A stretch of 51,864 nt of DNA from a virus (IMGVR_UViG_3300032954_000021:1-51864); one strand, 5' to 3'; shown: positions 1 through 9,873, counted from the stretch's first letter. Notes: generated from the letters alone by a model not told the origin. Program-made: numbers and translations.

Positions 1-2539
1 GTGTACGCTGCGACGAAGATCGCTCGGTCCATATCGCCCTTGCGAATCTTCTGCAGCTTGTCGCCCGAGAGCGCCCACTGGCCGAGGTCCATAGCGCCGC
101 CCCCATACTCACGGAGGAAGCCCAGCTGCCACCCAAGCGACAGTGTATCCAGGACCGCCACATCCTTGATCCAGCGCTTCCAGAACAGCGTGCTGTAGTT
201 CATTTCTCCGTATCGGTTCTCGACCGACTTCCCGAGCTTCCGCATCGCAAGAAGGCGAGCGGCGTCGTTCTCCGCTAGTTCAGGGTTGCGTTGAAGGAGA
301 TTCTTCGCATCGCGGATAGCCGACGCCGCCTTTAATGCTGGTATCCAGTCCTCGAAGATCGGCTTCGACATGGCGCTGATGAGTGCCCAGGGCAGATGCC
401 ACGTCGCACGCATCACGTCTGTCGTAGCGCCGCCCGGCCTGCCCCCTCGCCACGATCCCTGTGCGTCGCGCAGCGCATTCATGAAGTTCGCCCTCGCGTT
501 CGACCGGAAGCGAGAACTCATCTCCGGCGCTACGCCCATCTCGGTCAGTGTCTTGAGCGCCGCTGCCGTCTCCGGCTTGATCTTGTCGGCAGGAATGCGC
601 CCCTTCCAGGCCTCCATCAGCTCCCACCCGAGCGGCTTCGTGAGACGGCGGACGCCGGGCAGCTCGGAGATCGGCCGATACATGAGCCCACTCTTGAGCA
701 TCTCTGCCAGCCCCTTGCCGGCCGGCACTGTGCCTGAGAGCATGCCAGAGAGGCCGCGAGTCATCCCCGCTGACATATCGATACCGAGCACGTGCAGCGG
801 GTGGAATAGAGAGAGCGCAAGCCTAATCGGCACGAGAGCATTCTTAAGGGACATAAAGCCCTTGAATGCCGACCCCGCAATGCCCTTATCTTCCCAAAGG
901 CTCTTGGACTTGAACGCGTTCTGCAGAATCGCGTCCGCTTGCGGCTCGACCCAGAACACGTCGCCATTGGGCGCCCTCCACCTGGCGTAGCTCTCAGGCC
1001 TCTCCGTTCCCGGCGTCTTCTTGACGCGGAAGCTAACCTTCCCCTCGCTGTCGACTTCCTTGACCAGCTCTTCCCTCGCTGCGACCTTTCGGATCGCGAG
1101 GCCGTAGCTGGCGAGATCGTTCAGAATCCCAATGTGCATCTCCGCTATGTCCGAGGCGTGCTGCCGGGCGAGCATGATATCTTCTGGATTATCATAGCGA
1201 GGGCGGAAGCCGGCCGCCACTGCCTCCTCATAGAGGTCGAACGAGCGATCCTTGATGAATCCTGGATCGCCCCACTTGCTGCCGTACTTCTTCATGAAGT
1301 ACGCGGAGACGCCCTCTGCGTCCTCGAAGATATGCGCGAGGTAGTTCTCGCGCGGCTCGTAGGAGAAGCCCAGGCGTAAGTCTCGATCGGCGATCTTCGC
1401 CCCCCAGTCCCTGTACTTGCGGGCGAAGTCGGCGAGCGCAGGATCAGAGAAGGCTCCGCCTTTCTCGAACTTCTTGATGAATTCCTGCGCCATGTCGGGC
1501 CGGGCTCTCCAGAACTTCAGCCTCGCCTGCGACCCAAAGCGCCACGCCGACTCTCTCTGCATCTGCTCTGTAATGCGTTGGGCGATCGCGGCAGCGGCGA
1601 GCTTCGCGTTGCGCCCGAGCGCCTCTGGCGCCATACCCCGCATCAGCTGTTCGAGCGATATCTTCAGAGAATCGCGAGCCCTTCGCACGCCTGCCGGGTC
1701 GATCAGCCGATTGATCTCTGTGACCGACTTCACGTCTCCGCGAGTCATTGCCCCGCCATCGTCCAGGCTCGCAATAACCTGATGGATGCCTCTGCCCGAG
1801 GGCGGCTTAAGCTCGGACTGCATCTTCATCAGCTGCGATCCGACGCGCATGGACTGGTTCAGCAGACGCAGTTCTCGCTGGTCTGTGATTCCGAGGTGCC
1901 GGCCGATCAGATTCCCCATCTGATTCAGCATGTTCTTCCACTTGTATCCGAACGAAGCGTACTTCTCCGAATTAGCGAGGAACTCCTGCAGAACTGGATT
2001 CGTGAAGACTTCGGAGAGGAATTCGTAGCGGGGAGACATGCGCCTGAATGCAATGTCGCGGATGCCGCCAGCAGCTTGGTTCTCGAGAGCCTTGAGTGGC
2101 GTCTTGTTGTATGCAGCGCCAAGAATACCGTAGCCGATATTGTGCTCTCCGAGCCGCCCGGCCTTCTGCGCCCTGATCTTCGCCTCCTTAATAATGCCGT
2201 CCAGCTCTTTCAGAATTGGCGATCGGGGGTTATTGATCGCTGACAGCTTCTCGGCCGGCGTTAGGTCACGCCCGAGCTCAGCCTTCGCCGACTTCAGATC
2301 ATTGTCGATCAGCGTATCCAGCATGTTCACAGAAGTGCCATGCACGATCTCGTGCAGGGTCGTCTGGATCGTGTCGCTCGCGAGCATGCCAGTACTGACA
2401 CGCACCTGATGGTACTCAGGAATGTACTGCCCCTGCGCGCCTGGCATTGACGCCCTGCTCAGGAACTTGATCGGCATGTTCGGATCGGCGTACTTGCTGA
2501 GCTTCTCCAGGAACGACTTCGCATACCCCTCTGCATGCG
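1..2539 (+). repeat. Terminal direct repeat, copy 1 (diverged allele of 49320-51864)
   Basis: gtgtacgctgcgacgaagatc at 1 and at 49320. The offset is 49319 at the left and 49325 at the right (6-nt indel), with many mostly synonymous SNPs. Confidence 0.95.
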
Positions 2540-3413
2540 GCAGCATGTCGTCCAGGACCGCAGCAGTCGTGAGGTTTGATCCGACTGGCAGCTTCCTGAG
2601 TGTCTCTCCAGTCACCTGTGTGACCTTATGAAAGCCCATGTCCTGCGCCACATCGCCCTTCACAACAGTGAGCTTCGGCTCAGGCGGCTTGACCGCCGTC
2701 GTCGTATCCTGCAGCGCCGTCCGCGCCCTCGCCGCCGCTCTCTCAGGAGTGACCTCCCTCGGTATCTCTCCACCTTTCGGCCCTACGAAGGCGACGCCGG
2801 CATTCACGAACCCTTCAATCGCCGCGTTCAGATTATCGACGAAGTTCTGTACATCCGCCTTATTGACCGCGAAGCCCGGCGCCCCTTTCGGATACGGCAC
2901 CCCTTCCCGCTGCTTCTGCGCGTTGTAGTTCGCATCCGCCACGTGCGCCTTCACCATATTGCCGCCCTGCTGTACCAGCGACTGCAGCGGCTTGATGATG
3001 CCGGTGTAGATCGGCGCCATGATCGGCGTGGTATAGTATCCGAGCAGGTCGTTGATCTTCTTCGCCTGATCGACAATGTGGCCGGCGAGGCCCTCTGGGA
3101 TGCGCTTAGCATCCTCGTCCAGGGCCTGCTTATAGTCCTGCACCATATCTCGGTAGTCATCCAGATATGGCTTGATTGCGGCCGAGTACGCTTCACCCGA
3201 CGCGAACGCCACCTTCGCACGAAGCGGCGCTGTCCGCTCGATAGTGCTCGAGACAACTTGCTTCCCCCGGTCGAGCAGGGAGGGCTGCTGCGGCTGCGCC
3301 TTCAGCACGTCCTCTACGCTCAGTCCAGGCTCTGCCTTCTTCGGCGGAAGAGGCGGCCTTTCGACTGGCTTCTTCTGCTCGGTCGCAAGAACATCAGCGA
3401 CATTGATCGGCAT
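1..3413 (-). CDS. N-terminal part of large (~1415 aa) virion/ejection polyvalent protein with HExxH metallopeptidase motif; continues across the circular junction
   Basis: ATG at 3413 (MPINVADVLATEQKKP) is in frame with MPIKFLSRAS at 2477, which equals the start of ORF 48485..51802. TLHEIVHG plus downstream EFLSE. Absent from the ORF track because it runs off the window edge. Confidence 0.8.
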   Translation of the reverse strand, partial: MPINVADVLATEQKKPVERPPLPPKKAEPGLSVEDVLKAQPQQPSLLDRGKQVVSSTIERTAPLRAKVAFASGEAYSAAIKPYLDDYRDMVQDYKQALDEDAKRIPEGLAGHIVDQAKKINDLLGYYTTPIMAPIYTGIIKPLQSLVQQGGNMVKAHVADANYNAQKQREGVPYPKGAPGFAVNKADVQNFVDNLNAAIEGFVNAGVAFVGPKGGEIPREVTPERAAARARTALQDTTTAVKPPEPKLTVVKGDVAQDMGFHKVTQVTGETLRKLPVGSNLTTAAVLDDMLPHAEGYAKSFLEKLSKYADPNMPIKFLSRASMPGAQGQYIPEYHQVRVSTGMLASDTIQTTLHEIVHGTSVNMLDTLIDNDLKSAKAELGRDLTPAEKLSAINNPRSPILKELDGIIKEAKIRAQKAGRLGEHNIGYGILGAAYNKTPLKALENQAAGGIRDIAFRRMSPRYEFLSEVFTNPVLQEFLANSEKYASFGYKWKNMLNQMGNLIGRHLGITDQRELRLLNQSMRVGSQLMKMQSELKPPSGRGIHQVIASLDDGGAMTRGDVKSVTEINRLIDPAGVRRARDSLKISLEQLMRGMAPEALGRNAKLAAAAIAQRITEQMQRESAWRFGSQARLKFWRARPDMAQEFIKKFEKGGAFSDPALADFARKYRDWGAKIADRDLRLGFSYEPRENYLAHIFEDAEGVSAYFMKKYGSKWGDPGFIKDRSFDLYEEAVAAGFRPRYDNPEDIMLARQHASDIAEMHIGILNDLASYGLAIRKVAAREELVKEVDSEGKVSFRVKKTPGTERPESYARWRAPNGDVFWVEPQADAILQNAFKSKSLWEDKGIAGSAFKGFMSLKNALVPIRLALSLFHPLHVLGIDMSAGMTRGLSGMLSGTVPAGKGLAEMLKSGLMYRPISELPGVRRLTKPLGWELMEAWKGRIPADKIKPETAAALKTLTEMGVAPEMSSRFRSNARANFMNALRDAQGSWRGGRPGGATTDVMRATWHLPWALISAMSKPIFEDWIPALKAASAIRDAKNLLQRNPELAENDAARLLAMRKLGKSVENRYGEMNYSTLFWKRWIKDVAVLDTLSLGWQLGFLREYGGGAMDLGQWALSGDKLQKIRKGDMDRAIFVAAY

Positions 3414-3418
3414 AGTCG

Positions 3419-4546
3419 CTATTCCTCTTGATCTTCCTGCTCGTCCTCGACTTCATCGTCCTTGTCGATCTGATCCAGCTCCTGCTCTGAGAAGAACTTA
3501 TCGCCCATGAGCAGGCGAGGCTCGCCCTGCACCATATACCACTGGTTCTGCTGCAGCTTCTTCTCCGCGTCCTTGCCTGTCGGGAGGTCGAGCGGCATGC
3601 CGGGCTTCGAGCCCTTCGCGATCGGGGCCTGTCGCAGGCCACCAAAGGCTCCCGCGGAGCGGGCGTTCTCGTACACTCGGACGGCGGCCTGGCTCTGTGT
3701 CAGATGCTGCTCCCGCATCATCTTCACCATCTCCTCGGCCAGCGGCCTCGCTCGGACGGAGGCGTCCGAGGGGTCTGCTCCTGGGTAGTCCCGCATGATC
3801 TGATCGAAGATCGCTTTTCGATCATCAGCCTTCACGACCGATCCACCTTCCTTATCAATATGCTTGTCTCGATCCTCAGCGAGCTTCTTCTGCGCGTCGA
3901 TCAGCCCTACTCTGTGCTGATCCACGACAGCGGCGGCCTGCGCATGCTTCGCTGCCTTCCCACGATAGTCGATCTCCGCCTGCTCCTTCCTCGTGACGAC
4001 GGCCTGCTGCAGCCTCGCAACCATCCCCGGCTGCCAGGGCTGCTTCATGAGCTTCTGAAACCCCGGGTCCTTCGCCACGCCAGGATCGGATGCCAGCATA
4101 GTCTGGAGTGCCAGCGCATAGCCCTGCGGCGTATCCGGTACGCCGCTCAGAATATTCGCGAACTTGCTCATTCGCTCGGTCTGCATCTTATAAGCGCGAG
4201 CGTCGATCTTCGAGCTGTTCTCGAGCAGGCGGGACGCCTCGCTGGCCGTCTTAGCAGCGGCGTCCGGCAGGCCGGCCTCGAGCTGTATCTGCGCAACCTG
4301 GCTCAGCACGCCGGCGAGCGAATCCGGATTATCCGCCTCGGTCGGCGGCTTCAGATTCTGCATCTTGCTCAGCACCGTCACCTGCTGCTGCAGCGCAATC
4401 TTATCCCTCTGCAGCTCAACTTCATTCTTCTGTAGCTCGATCGGCGCTTCTTTCAGCCGATAGTTATTGAGCATAATGTCTTGCATGGCGAGCGTCTGAT
4501 CCGCCATGCCGCCGGCAACCGAGCCGAGTGTTGGAAAGCCTGCCAT
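3419..4546 (-). CDS. Putative internal virion / DNA ejection protein
   Basis: 375 aa, helical and Ala/Gln-rich, lying between the pilot-like gene and the giant gene as in podovirus ejection modules. Confidence 0.6.
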   Translation of the reverse strand: MAGFPTLGSVAGGMADQTLAMQDIMLNNYRLKEAPIELQKNEVELQRDKIALQQQVTVLSKMQNLKPPTEADNPDSLAGVLSQVAQIQLEAGLPDAAAKTASEASRLLENSSKIDARAYKMQTERMSKFANILSGVPDTPQGYALALQTMLASDPGVAKDPGFQKLMKQPWQPGMVARLQQAVVTRKEQAEIDYRGKAAKHAQAAAVVDQHRVGLIDAQKKLAEDRDKHIDKEGGSVVKADDRKAIFDQIMRDYPGADPSDASVRARPLAEEMVKMMREQHLTQSQAAVRVYENARSAGAFGGLRQAPIAKGSKPGMPLDLPTGKDAEKKLQQNQWYMVQGEPRLLMGDKFFSEQELDQIDKDDEVEDEQEDQEE

Positions 4547-4547
4547 C

Positions 4548-5945
4548 TTACACTCCTCCGCCCCCGTAGTGCAGTCCGCCCATCGCCGCCGAGGTCGCTC
4601 CCATCGAGGCGTACTTCGAGTACATCTGCATCAGATTGCCCTTGTTGATTCCGTACTGAGCGAACTGGTCCCACATCTCAGGAGTCACTGCGTTCGGGTC
4701 CATCGCCGCTTGCTCTAGTACTCCCCAGCCGGCTTGCCCAGGCTGGAAGCCCTGTTGCATCGCTGCGTTCGTGCGCGCATAGGCGGTCTGATTAACCGTA
4801 TAGGCTGGCTGCGACATTCCATAGAGCACAGGTGCGAGGACAGCGCCGACTCCGAGAAGGCCAAGGCCGAGGCTACCAGTAGCCGCCGCTGCTCCAGCAT
4901 CCGCTCCACCTTCTGCTCCTGCCGCCGCCGCGACACTGCTCGGCAGGGCAGGTACACTCGCAGTTGCAGCGGCAACTTCGCTCCCTCCTATGTCTGTAAG
5001 CCCCACATCTAGACCTCCAGCAGCAGCCGCTTCGCCTCCTGCGACGGCTCCACCTGTGGCGGCTCCCCCGCCAGCGGGGCTAAAACCGAATAAGCTATCC
5101 ACTGAATCTCCTAGCCCCGCAGAAGGATCTAGCAGATTCTCCGATCCGTAAGTGTACATGCCAGAGCTAGCGGCGTCGGATGCTGCTGTCGCAGCAGTAG
5201 ACTGATCGAGCCCAGAGAGAGCCTCTCCCCATTGCGAGGCACTGACGCCAGATACGCCACCGCTGAGTAGATTACTGAGAGAATTGACTGCACTCGGTAT
5301 CGAGTTCGTCACGCCGGCGATCGAGCTGCCAAGGCTTCCCTGCGCGCCGCCGAGGGCGCTGAGTGCCTGCGCTGGATTCGCCGGAGGGAAGTTGGCGCCG
5401 GAGAGCTGCATCAGATTCTGTAGATCTGTCTGATAGAACGAAGAGGCGAGGCCCTGGCCGTACTGCTCCAGCGCTTGCATCTCTCCCCCCGAGCCGAGGC
5501 CAACGCCGCCCGGCGCTGCCGCTGACCGATCGATCGCCTGCACGCCCTGTCCCATCAGAAACTCATAGCCCGGCGTGCTCGTCACTGAGCTCGGATTCGC
5601 CATCAGCGCGTTCAGCTGATTCACATACGTAGGACGAGACGACGCAAAGGGATCGCTCTGCGACAGGACGCCCTGCGCCGCGCTGTTGAGCTGCGTCGAT
5701 CCATACAGACCATAGAGGCTGCCGAACATCTGGAGCAGGCTGCCAATGTCTCCTGCAGTCGAGCCGTCCTGTCCGGAAGTGCCTGCTTGCAGTGTTGTTG
5801 GCAGGCCCATACTTGTCGTGGAGACAGGCGCTCCAGTAAAGCCCTGATAGCCTGACACAGGAGCAGCCAGAGTTGTCAGATTCAGCCCAGACAGATTCGT
5901 CCCTGTCGCTGGATTCACACCACTCGTAGTCGCTATAGCAACCAT
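4548..5945 (-). CDS. DNA transfer/pilot-like ejection protein (P22 gp7-like)
   Basis: Gly/Ala/Ser-rich. Motif TPGYEFLMGQGVQAIDRSAAA...SGGEMQALEQYGQGLAS is typical of podovirus DNA-transfer proteins. Confidence 0.7.
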   Translation of the reverse strand: MVAIATTSGVNPATGTNLSGLNLTTLAAPVSGYQGFTGAPVSTTSMGLPTTLQAGTSGQDGSTAGDIGSLLQMFGSLYGLYGSTQLNSAAQGVLSQSDPFASSRPTYVNQLNALMANPSSVTSTPGYEFLMGQGVQAIDRSAAAPGGVGLGSGGEMQALEQYGQGLASSFYQTDLQNLMQLSGANFPPANPAQALSALGGAQGSLGSSIAGVTNSIPSAVNSLSNLLSGGVSGVSASQWGEALSGLDQSTAATAASDAASSGMYTYGSENLLDPSAGLGDSVDSLFGFSPAGGGAATGGAVAGGEAAAAGGLDVGLTDIGGSEVAAATASVPALPSSVAAAAGAEGGADAGAAAATGSLGLGLLGVGAVLAPVLYGMSQPAYTVNQTAYARTNAAMQQGFQPGQAGWGVLEQAAMDPNAVTPEMWDQFAQYGINKGNLMQMYSKYASMGATSAAMGGLHYGGGGV

Positions 5946-5946
5946 C

Positions 5947-6009
5947 CTATTCTCCTAAGCGAGCGCCGCTACCGATCTGGGGCTCATCGTCGTCGTACTC
6001 GGTTTCCAT
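5947..6009 (-). CDS. 20-aa mini-ORF METEYDDDEPQIGSGARLGE
   Basis: ATG overlaps the tailspike stop (TGATG). It fills the intergenic gap and carries the AGGAG RBS of the next gene. Confidence 0.4.
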   Translation of the reverse strand: METEYDDDEPQIGSGARLGE

Positions 6010-7676
6010 CAGGTTGCGCCTATCTGAACCCAACACGATCCGCCAGCCGCACCAGATGCTCCATCGTTCACGAACTCGTATATTTTCCCGGCGCTCATCG
6101 TAACGTTGGAGCCTACCCGGAGTCTGAATGCTCCGCCGGAGTTTCCATTGGTCAGAGTTGTATTGGAGTCTGAGGCAAGGATGTAGAGGTGCATACCAAG
6201 TTCGCCGCCAGCCAGCGAGGTGACGGTGGTCGAACCCCCATTAGACATACTGACCGCACTGTAGTAGCCACCCATTGTAGTCGAGACGCGGATGTCTGGA
6301 GTAGTTCCGGTCAGAGCCGTATTGAAGAAGTCCTTGAGCCCATCGACCTGACAGATCGGGAAGCTATTGCGTGTTTTCCCAAGCCACCAGTCATATTGAG
6401 GACCGGCACTGAAGACTTGGGTGGCGTTGTAACGGACCCACGGAACCGCAAGACTTTGTAGATTCCGCGCGGCTCGGATGGTGACTCCAGTACAGGTCGT
6501 ATCCGGCATCTCGAAGCAGGAAGTCGGCGCGCTTCCGAGCGTGAAGTGCGGTGACTCAATGACGATGCCAGACGTGTACTTGAACCGCACCGCGTAGGGA
6601 ACAGTGGTGGTCCCTGACGGACTTCCAAAGAGGCCACGGATGTGAACGTTGAGAACGAGAGCAGAGCCCGAAAGTCCTTGGCCTATGTCGATGTAGGGAT
6701 TGTTGCCTGGATTCTCTAACTCCAGACCGTCCAACACGATCCCTGTGCAAAAGAGCGAGGATTCCGACTTGCTCGCGATCTTGATAGGAGGCCCGCAGGA
6801 CTCAATCGCCATGCAATTACCCGTGAAGTTCGTACAGCGGTCGATCAGTAGACCCCCCACTGTTGTCACGCCTCCGGAAATACGGCTCCCTCTCCACAAC
6901 GCTGAAGTGCAGGAATCGAATTCCACCGACCCCTGAGACGCTGAGCCCATTCCGGTCACGAGACAATCCGCAAAGGCCGGAAGCAGACAGTTCAAGAAAT
7001 AGACTGCTCGGCCCTGACCTGAAGTCCCGGCAATCCAGACTTTATTCAGCTGTGGTTGATTGACGGAATTGCAATAGAACGCAGTGTTAGCCGTTCCGCT
7101 CATCTTTACGCCGACATTGAAAACAGTTCCGGCATAATAGTAGTTGGAAGAAGTTACTCCCCCAGTAGTCGCTCCTCCCCCAAGATAGATGAATCCATAA
7201 GTTGAACCCGTCCCAAAGGCAATCGAGTAGTTCGGCCAGCCCTGACCACGCATCGAAGCGCAGGGACCCCCAAAAGTCGACGCCGTGGGAACCGTAATAT
7301 CCGCACTGCAAAGGAATGTGTACCCGGCAGGGAAATAAACTTCTCCCCCGGCTTTACCCGCGACGTTGAAAGCGGCCTGCACGGCGACCGCATCATTGGT
7401 TATCCCATCTCCTACAGCCCCATAGCGAAGCGGGACGAGCGTCGGCCATGCATAGTTCGTCGGCGTCACCCCGGCTGCAATCTCAGCGGCGGTCTGGGGA
7501 TAAAGAAGGCTTCCTATCGTCTTCCCTGTCGCAAGATCTGTCAGCGCCTTCCACCACCTCTGACTGATCTTCTGCTGCCCCACTCCAACTCCAGACGAAC
7601 CCCCACTCGCCTGCCCCGTCTGCGGCTGCACCGGCTGTGCCAGCAGTGGCTCGTTCAGATTTGGAATAAGACTCAT
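6009..7676 (-). CDS. Tailspike / receptor-binding protein with pectate-lyase-like beta-helix
   Basis: LRYGAVGDGITNDAVAVQAAFN...GGEVYFPAG beta-helix entry motif; lower GC than flanks. Confidence 0.8.
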   Translation of the reverse strand: MSLIPNLNEPLLAQPVQPQTGQASGGSSGVGVGQQKISQRWWKALTDLATGKTIGSLLYPQTAAEIAAGVTPTNYAWPTLVPLRYGAVGDGITNDAVAVQAAFNVAGKAGGEVYFPAGYTFLCSADITVPTASTFGGPCASMRGQGWPNYSIAFGTGSTYGFIYLGGGATTGGVTSSNYYYAGTVFNVGVKMSGTANTAFYCNSVNQPQLNKVWIAGTSGQGRAVYFLNCLLPAFADCLVTGMGSASQGSVEFDSCTSALWRGSRISGGVTTVGGLLIDRCTNFTGNCMAIESCGPPIKIASKSESSLFCTGIVLDGLELENPGNNPYIDIGQGLSGSALVLNVHIRGLFGSPSGTTTVPYAVRFKYTSGIVIESPHFTLGSAPTSCFEMPDTTCTGVTIRAARNLQSLAVPWVRYNATQVFSAGPQYDWWLGKTRNSFPICQVDGLKDFFNTALTGTTPDIRVSTTMGGYYSAVSMSNGGSTTVTSLAGGELGMHLYILASDSNTTLTNGNSGGAFRLRVGSNVTMSAGKIYEFVNDGASGAAGGSCWVQIGAT

Positions 7677-9130
7677 CAGATCGTTCCGAGCATCATCTGA
7701 AGGTCGGACGAGCGAATGCGGAAGGAGGTCGCTCTCGCATGACGAAAGTGGTAGGCACGCTTAGTGAATGTCCCCTCATCGTCGATGTAGGGAGTCTTGT
7801 TCGCCAGTGAGCGGATGCGAGGGCGGCTCCACGTCTGATAGTCGTCATCGGAGTGGGAGATCTGGATCTGGCTGCCCGGCACCTGATCGGCGTTGATGTA
7901 CATGCGGGTCAGGGTCTTACCACGCCGCGTGCCGAAGTCCATGTTCGGCGTGTAGATATCGACCGGCGCTACGACTCCAGCATCAGTCGGAAACACATAG
8001 TCTCCGTCGAAATGATACACCTCTCCGCTAGATATATCCTGCATGAAATGGTTCGTGCCGTCAGAGGCCATTGCTATACCTCTAAAGTAATTACCGTCTG
8101 CATCGGTCCACTGATACCACAGCTGCTGGTCTATATCATAAACGAGAGTCAAATTAATGTACTGGCTGGTAATGCCGTAGAAGCGATGCCCTCCGTGCTT
8201 GAACGAAAAGCCGTAAGTGAAACCAAGGCCAGAAAAGGCAGCATCAAGAAGCTTTTCTACGGCTGGCGTACTGATAACACTCGGCACCAGATTATCAACT
8301 CGGATCACTTGCGGAGACACAGTTTTGTTAGAAGTGACGTACAGAAGAATTCCATCTATGACTTGCGGGGAGCCGTTAAACGCACAGCCATAATCGTTCG
8401 TAGCGCCGGCGATCTGCGACAGTGGCGAGCCCGTCGCGTTGCCAGCGTCGTAGAAGACTTCCATCCCCGACTCTCGCAGCGCTATTACGTAAGTAAGCTG
8501 CTTTACGAGAGCAGTAGTTCTACCTGGCGTAGACCTCGCGATGATGAGGTTCGTACCCTGCCAAGTTGTCGGATCGTCGATATTACTGCCCCAGATCTGC
8601 CCCAACTCATCCGAGATGTAGATGGTTCCGTCCAGATACACAGGTCCGATAATCTGCGATCCTCTTCCTGCAGGAAGAGCCGCTGTATCGACCGTGATCG
8701 TGGTTCCGTTGGTGTGGAACAGAGTGTTGTCTGTAGCGCCGACCAGCAACCTGTTAGCGGCCACCTGCTGCTGCGTCTCAATCCAGCCGGCAAGAGGAGA
8801 AGCGGCGAGCGGCGCTACGCCAAACGGAGACCCGAGCGCTATGCCGTCAGCGAACAGAACCAGCGCAGTGCCATTATCATACAGAGAATAGAGCTTTCCG
8901 GTCTGATAGTAGGAGCCTCCTCCAGACGCCCAGCCATACTGCCCCCAAGTTCCACCACCAGCACCAAGAGAAAACTCGTTCTCGTAGCCGATTCGCTTCT
9001 GTACTACCCACTCCCCTGTGTTTGGGTCTCGCTCCGCAAAAGCGTTGACGAGGCGGGCATCCTTTGTAAACTGGTCCGAACGATTGCTCGCCTGTGTAAC
9101 CAGCGGCCACTTCCGCAGGTTCGCTGCCAT
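7676..9130 (-). CDS. Tail nozzle / packaged-DNA stabilization protein (P22 gp10-like)
   Basis: Beta-rich ~485 aa with ISTPAVEKLL, GGHRFYGI, TLVYDIDQQLWYQW and SDDDYQTWS motifs; likely start MAANLRKWPL at 9130. Confidence 0.75.
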   Translation of the reverse strand: MAANLRKWPLVTQASNRSDQFTKDARLVNAFAERDPNTGEWVVQKRIGYENEFSLGAGGGTWGQYGWASGGGSYYQTGKLYSLYDNGTALVLFADGIALGSPFGVAPLAASPLAGWIETQQQVAANRLLVGATDNTLFHTNGTTITVDTAALPAGRGSQIIGPVYLDGTIYISDELGQIWGSNIDDPTTWQGTNLIIARSTPGRTTALVKQLTYVIALRESGMEVFYDAGNATGSPLSQIAGATNDYGCAFNGSPQVIDGILLYVTSNKTVSPQVIRVDNLVPSVISTPAVEKLLDAAFSGLGFTYGFSFKHGGHRFYGITSQYINLTLVYDIDQQLWYQWTDADGNYFRGIAMASDGTNHFMQDISSGEVYHFDGDYVFPTDAGVVAPVDIYTPNMDFGTRRGKTLTRMYINADQVPGSQIQISHSDDDYQTWSRPRIRSLANKTPYIDDEGTFTKRAYHFRHARATSFRIRSSDLQMMLGTI

Positions 9131-9144
9131 GTCTGGCACAGCGC

Positions 9145-9873
9145 TCACCTGTTGAATCTCCGGTTCTGGAACAGCCTCTGATCCGGCTGAGGGAAGATGC
9201 TCGTGTCCTGCTCCGCATCCCACTCATCCAGCTTCATCAGATAGTAGTCAGCCATCTGATCGCAGCGGGTCACGATTGCTTGGGGCTGACCAATAGCGAC
9301 CTCCTTCGCGAACAGCCACCCGAGCGTCAGGGCCCATTCAATCGGAAACTGCATCGAGTCCGTAACGCCGACGAAGTTCGTCACCTGCGTCTTGAGCGCC
9401 AGGTGCAGCGTGCCGGTCGCCTCATTCGCGTCTGGCACCAGCCACGTATTGATGTTCAGGGTGAGTGGCTGCGGATCGACGAAGATCTGCGTGACAGGCC
9501 CCTGCTGTGTCGCCACAGAGAGCATGTCCCACTCTTGCCGCGAGATCTTGAAGACCGGGCGCTTCGTTGCTCCGTTCGCGGCGGAGTACAGATAGTATTG
9601 ATCGACCACGCCGATCGGCTTGGTCATCACGACAGTGCCGCTCGGACCGAGCGTGTACAGCCCCGTGCCCGCGACGAGAGTGATCGGCGTGTCCTGGATC
9701 AGGAACAGCCGAATCCCTGTCGTCTGTACGAAGTTGATAATCTGATTGAGCTTGCGCATGTACAGCCCAAGCTCTTCGCTATCCGGGTCCTCTCCGAAGG
9801 GCAGCTTCTTCGCATTCCGCAGCCCATCAGTGATGATCGAATAGGCAGTATTCTCTGTTACTGGAGTGGTCAT
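9145..9873 (-). CDS. Head-to-tail adaptor (P22 gp4 / tail tubular A-like)
   Basis: TAYSIITDGLRNAKKLPFGEDP N-terminus and FPIEWALTL motif; synteny between capsid and nozzle genes. Confidence 0.7.
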   Translation of the reverse strand: MTTPVTENTAYSIITDGLRNAKKLPFGEDPDSEELGLYMRKLNQIINFVQTTGIRLFLIQDTPITLVAGTGLYTLGPSGTVVMTKPIGVVDQYYLYSAANGATKRPVFKISRQEWDMLSVATQQGPVTQIFVDPQPLTLNINTWLVPDANEATGTLHLALKTQVTNFVGVTDSMQFPIEWALTLGWLFAKEVAIGQPQAIVTRCDQMADYYLMKLDEWDAEQDTSIFPQPDQRLFQNRRFNR

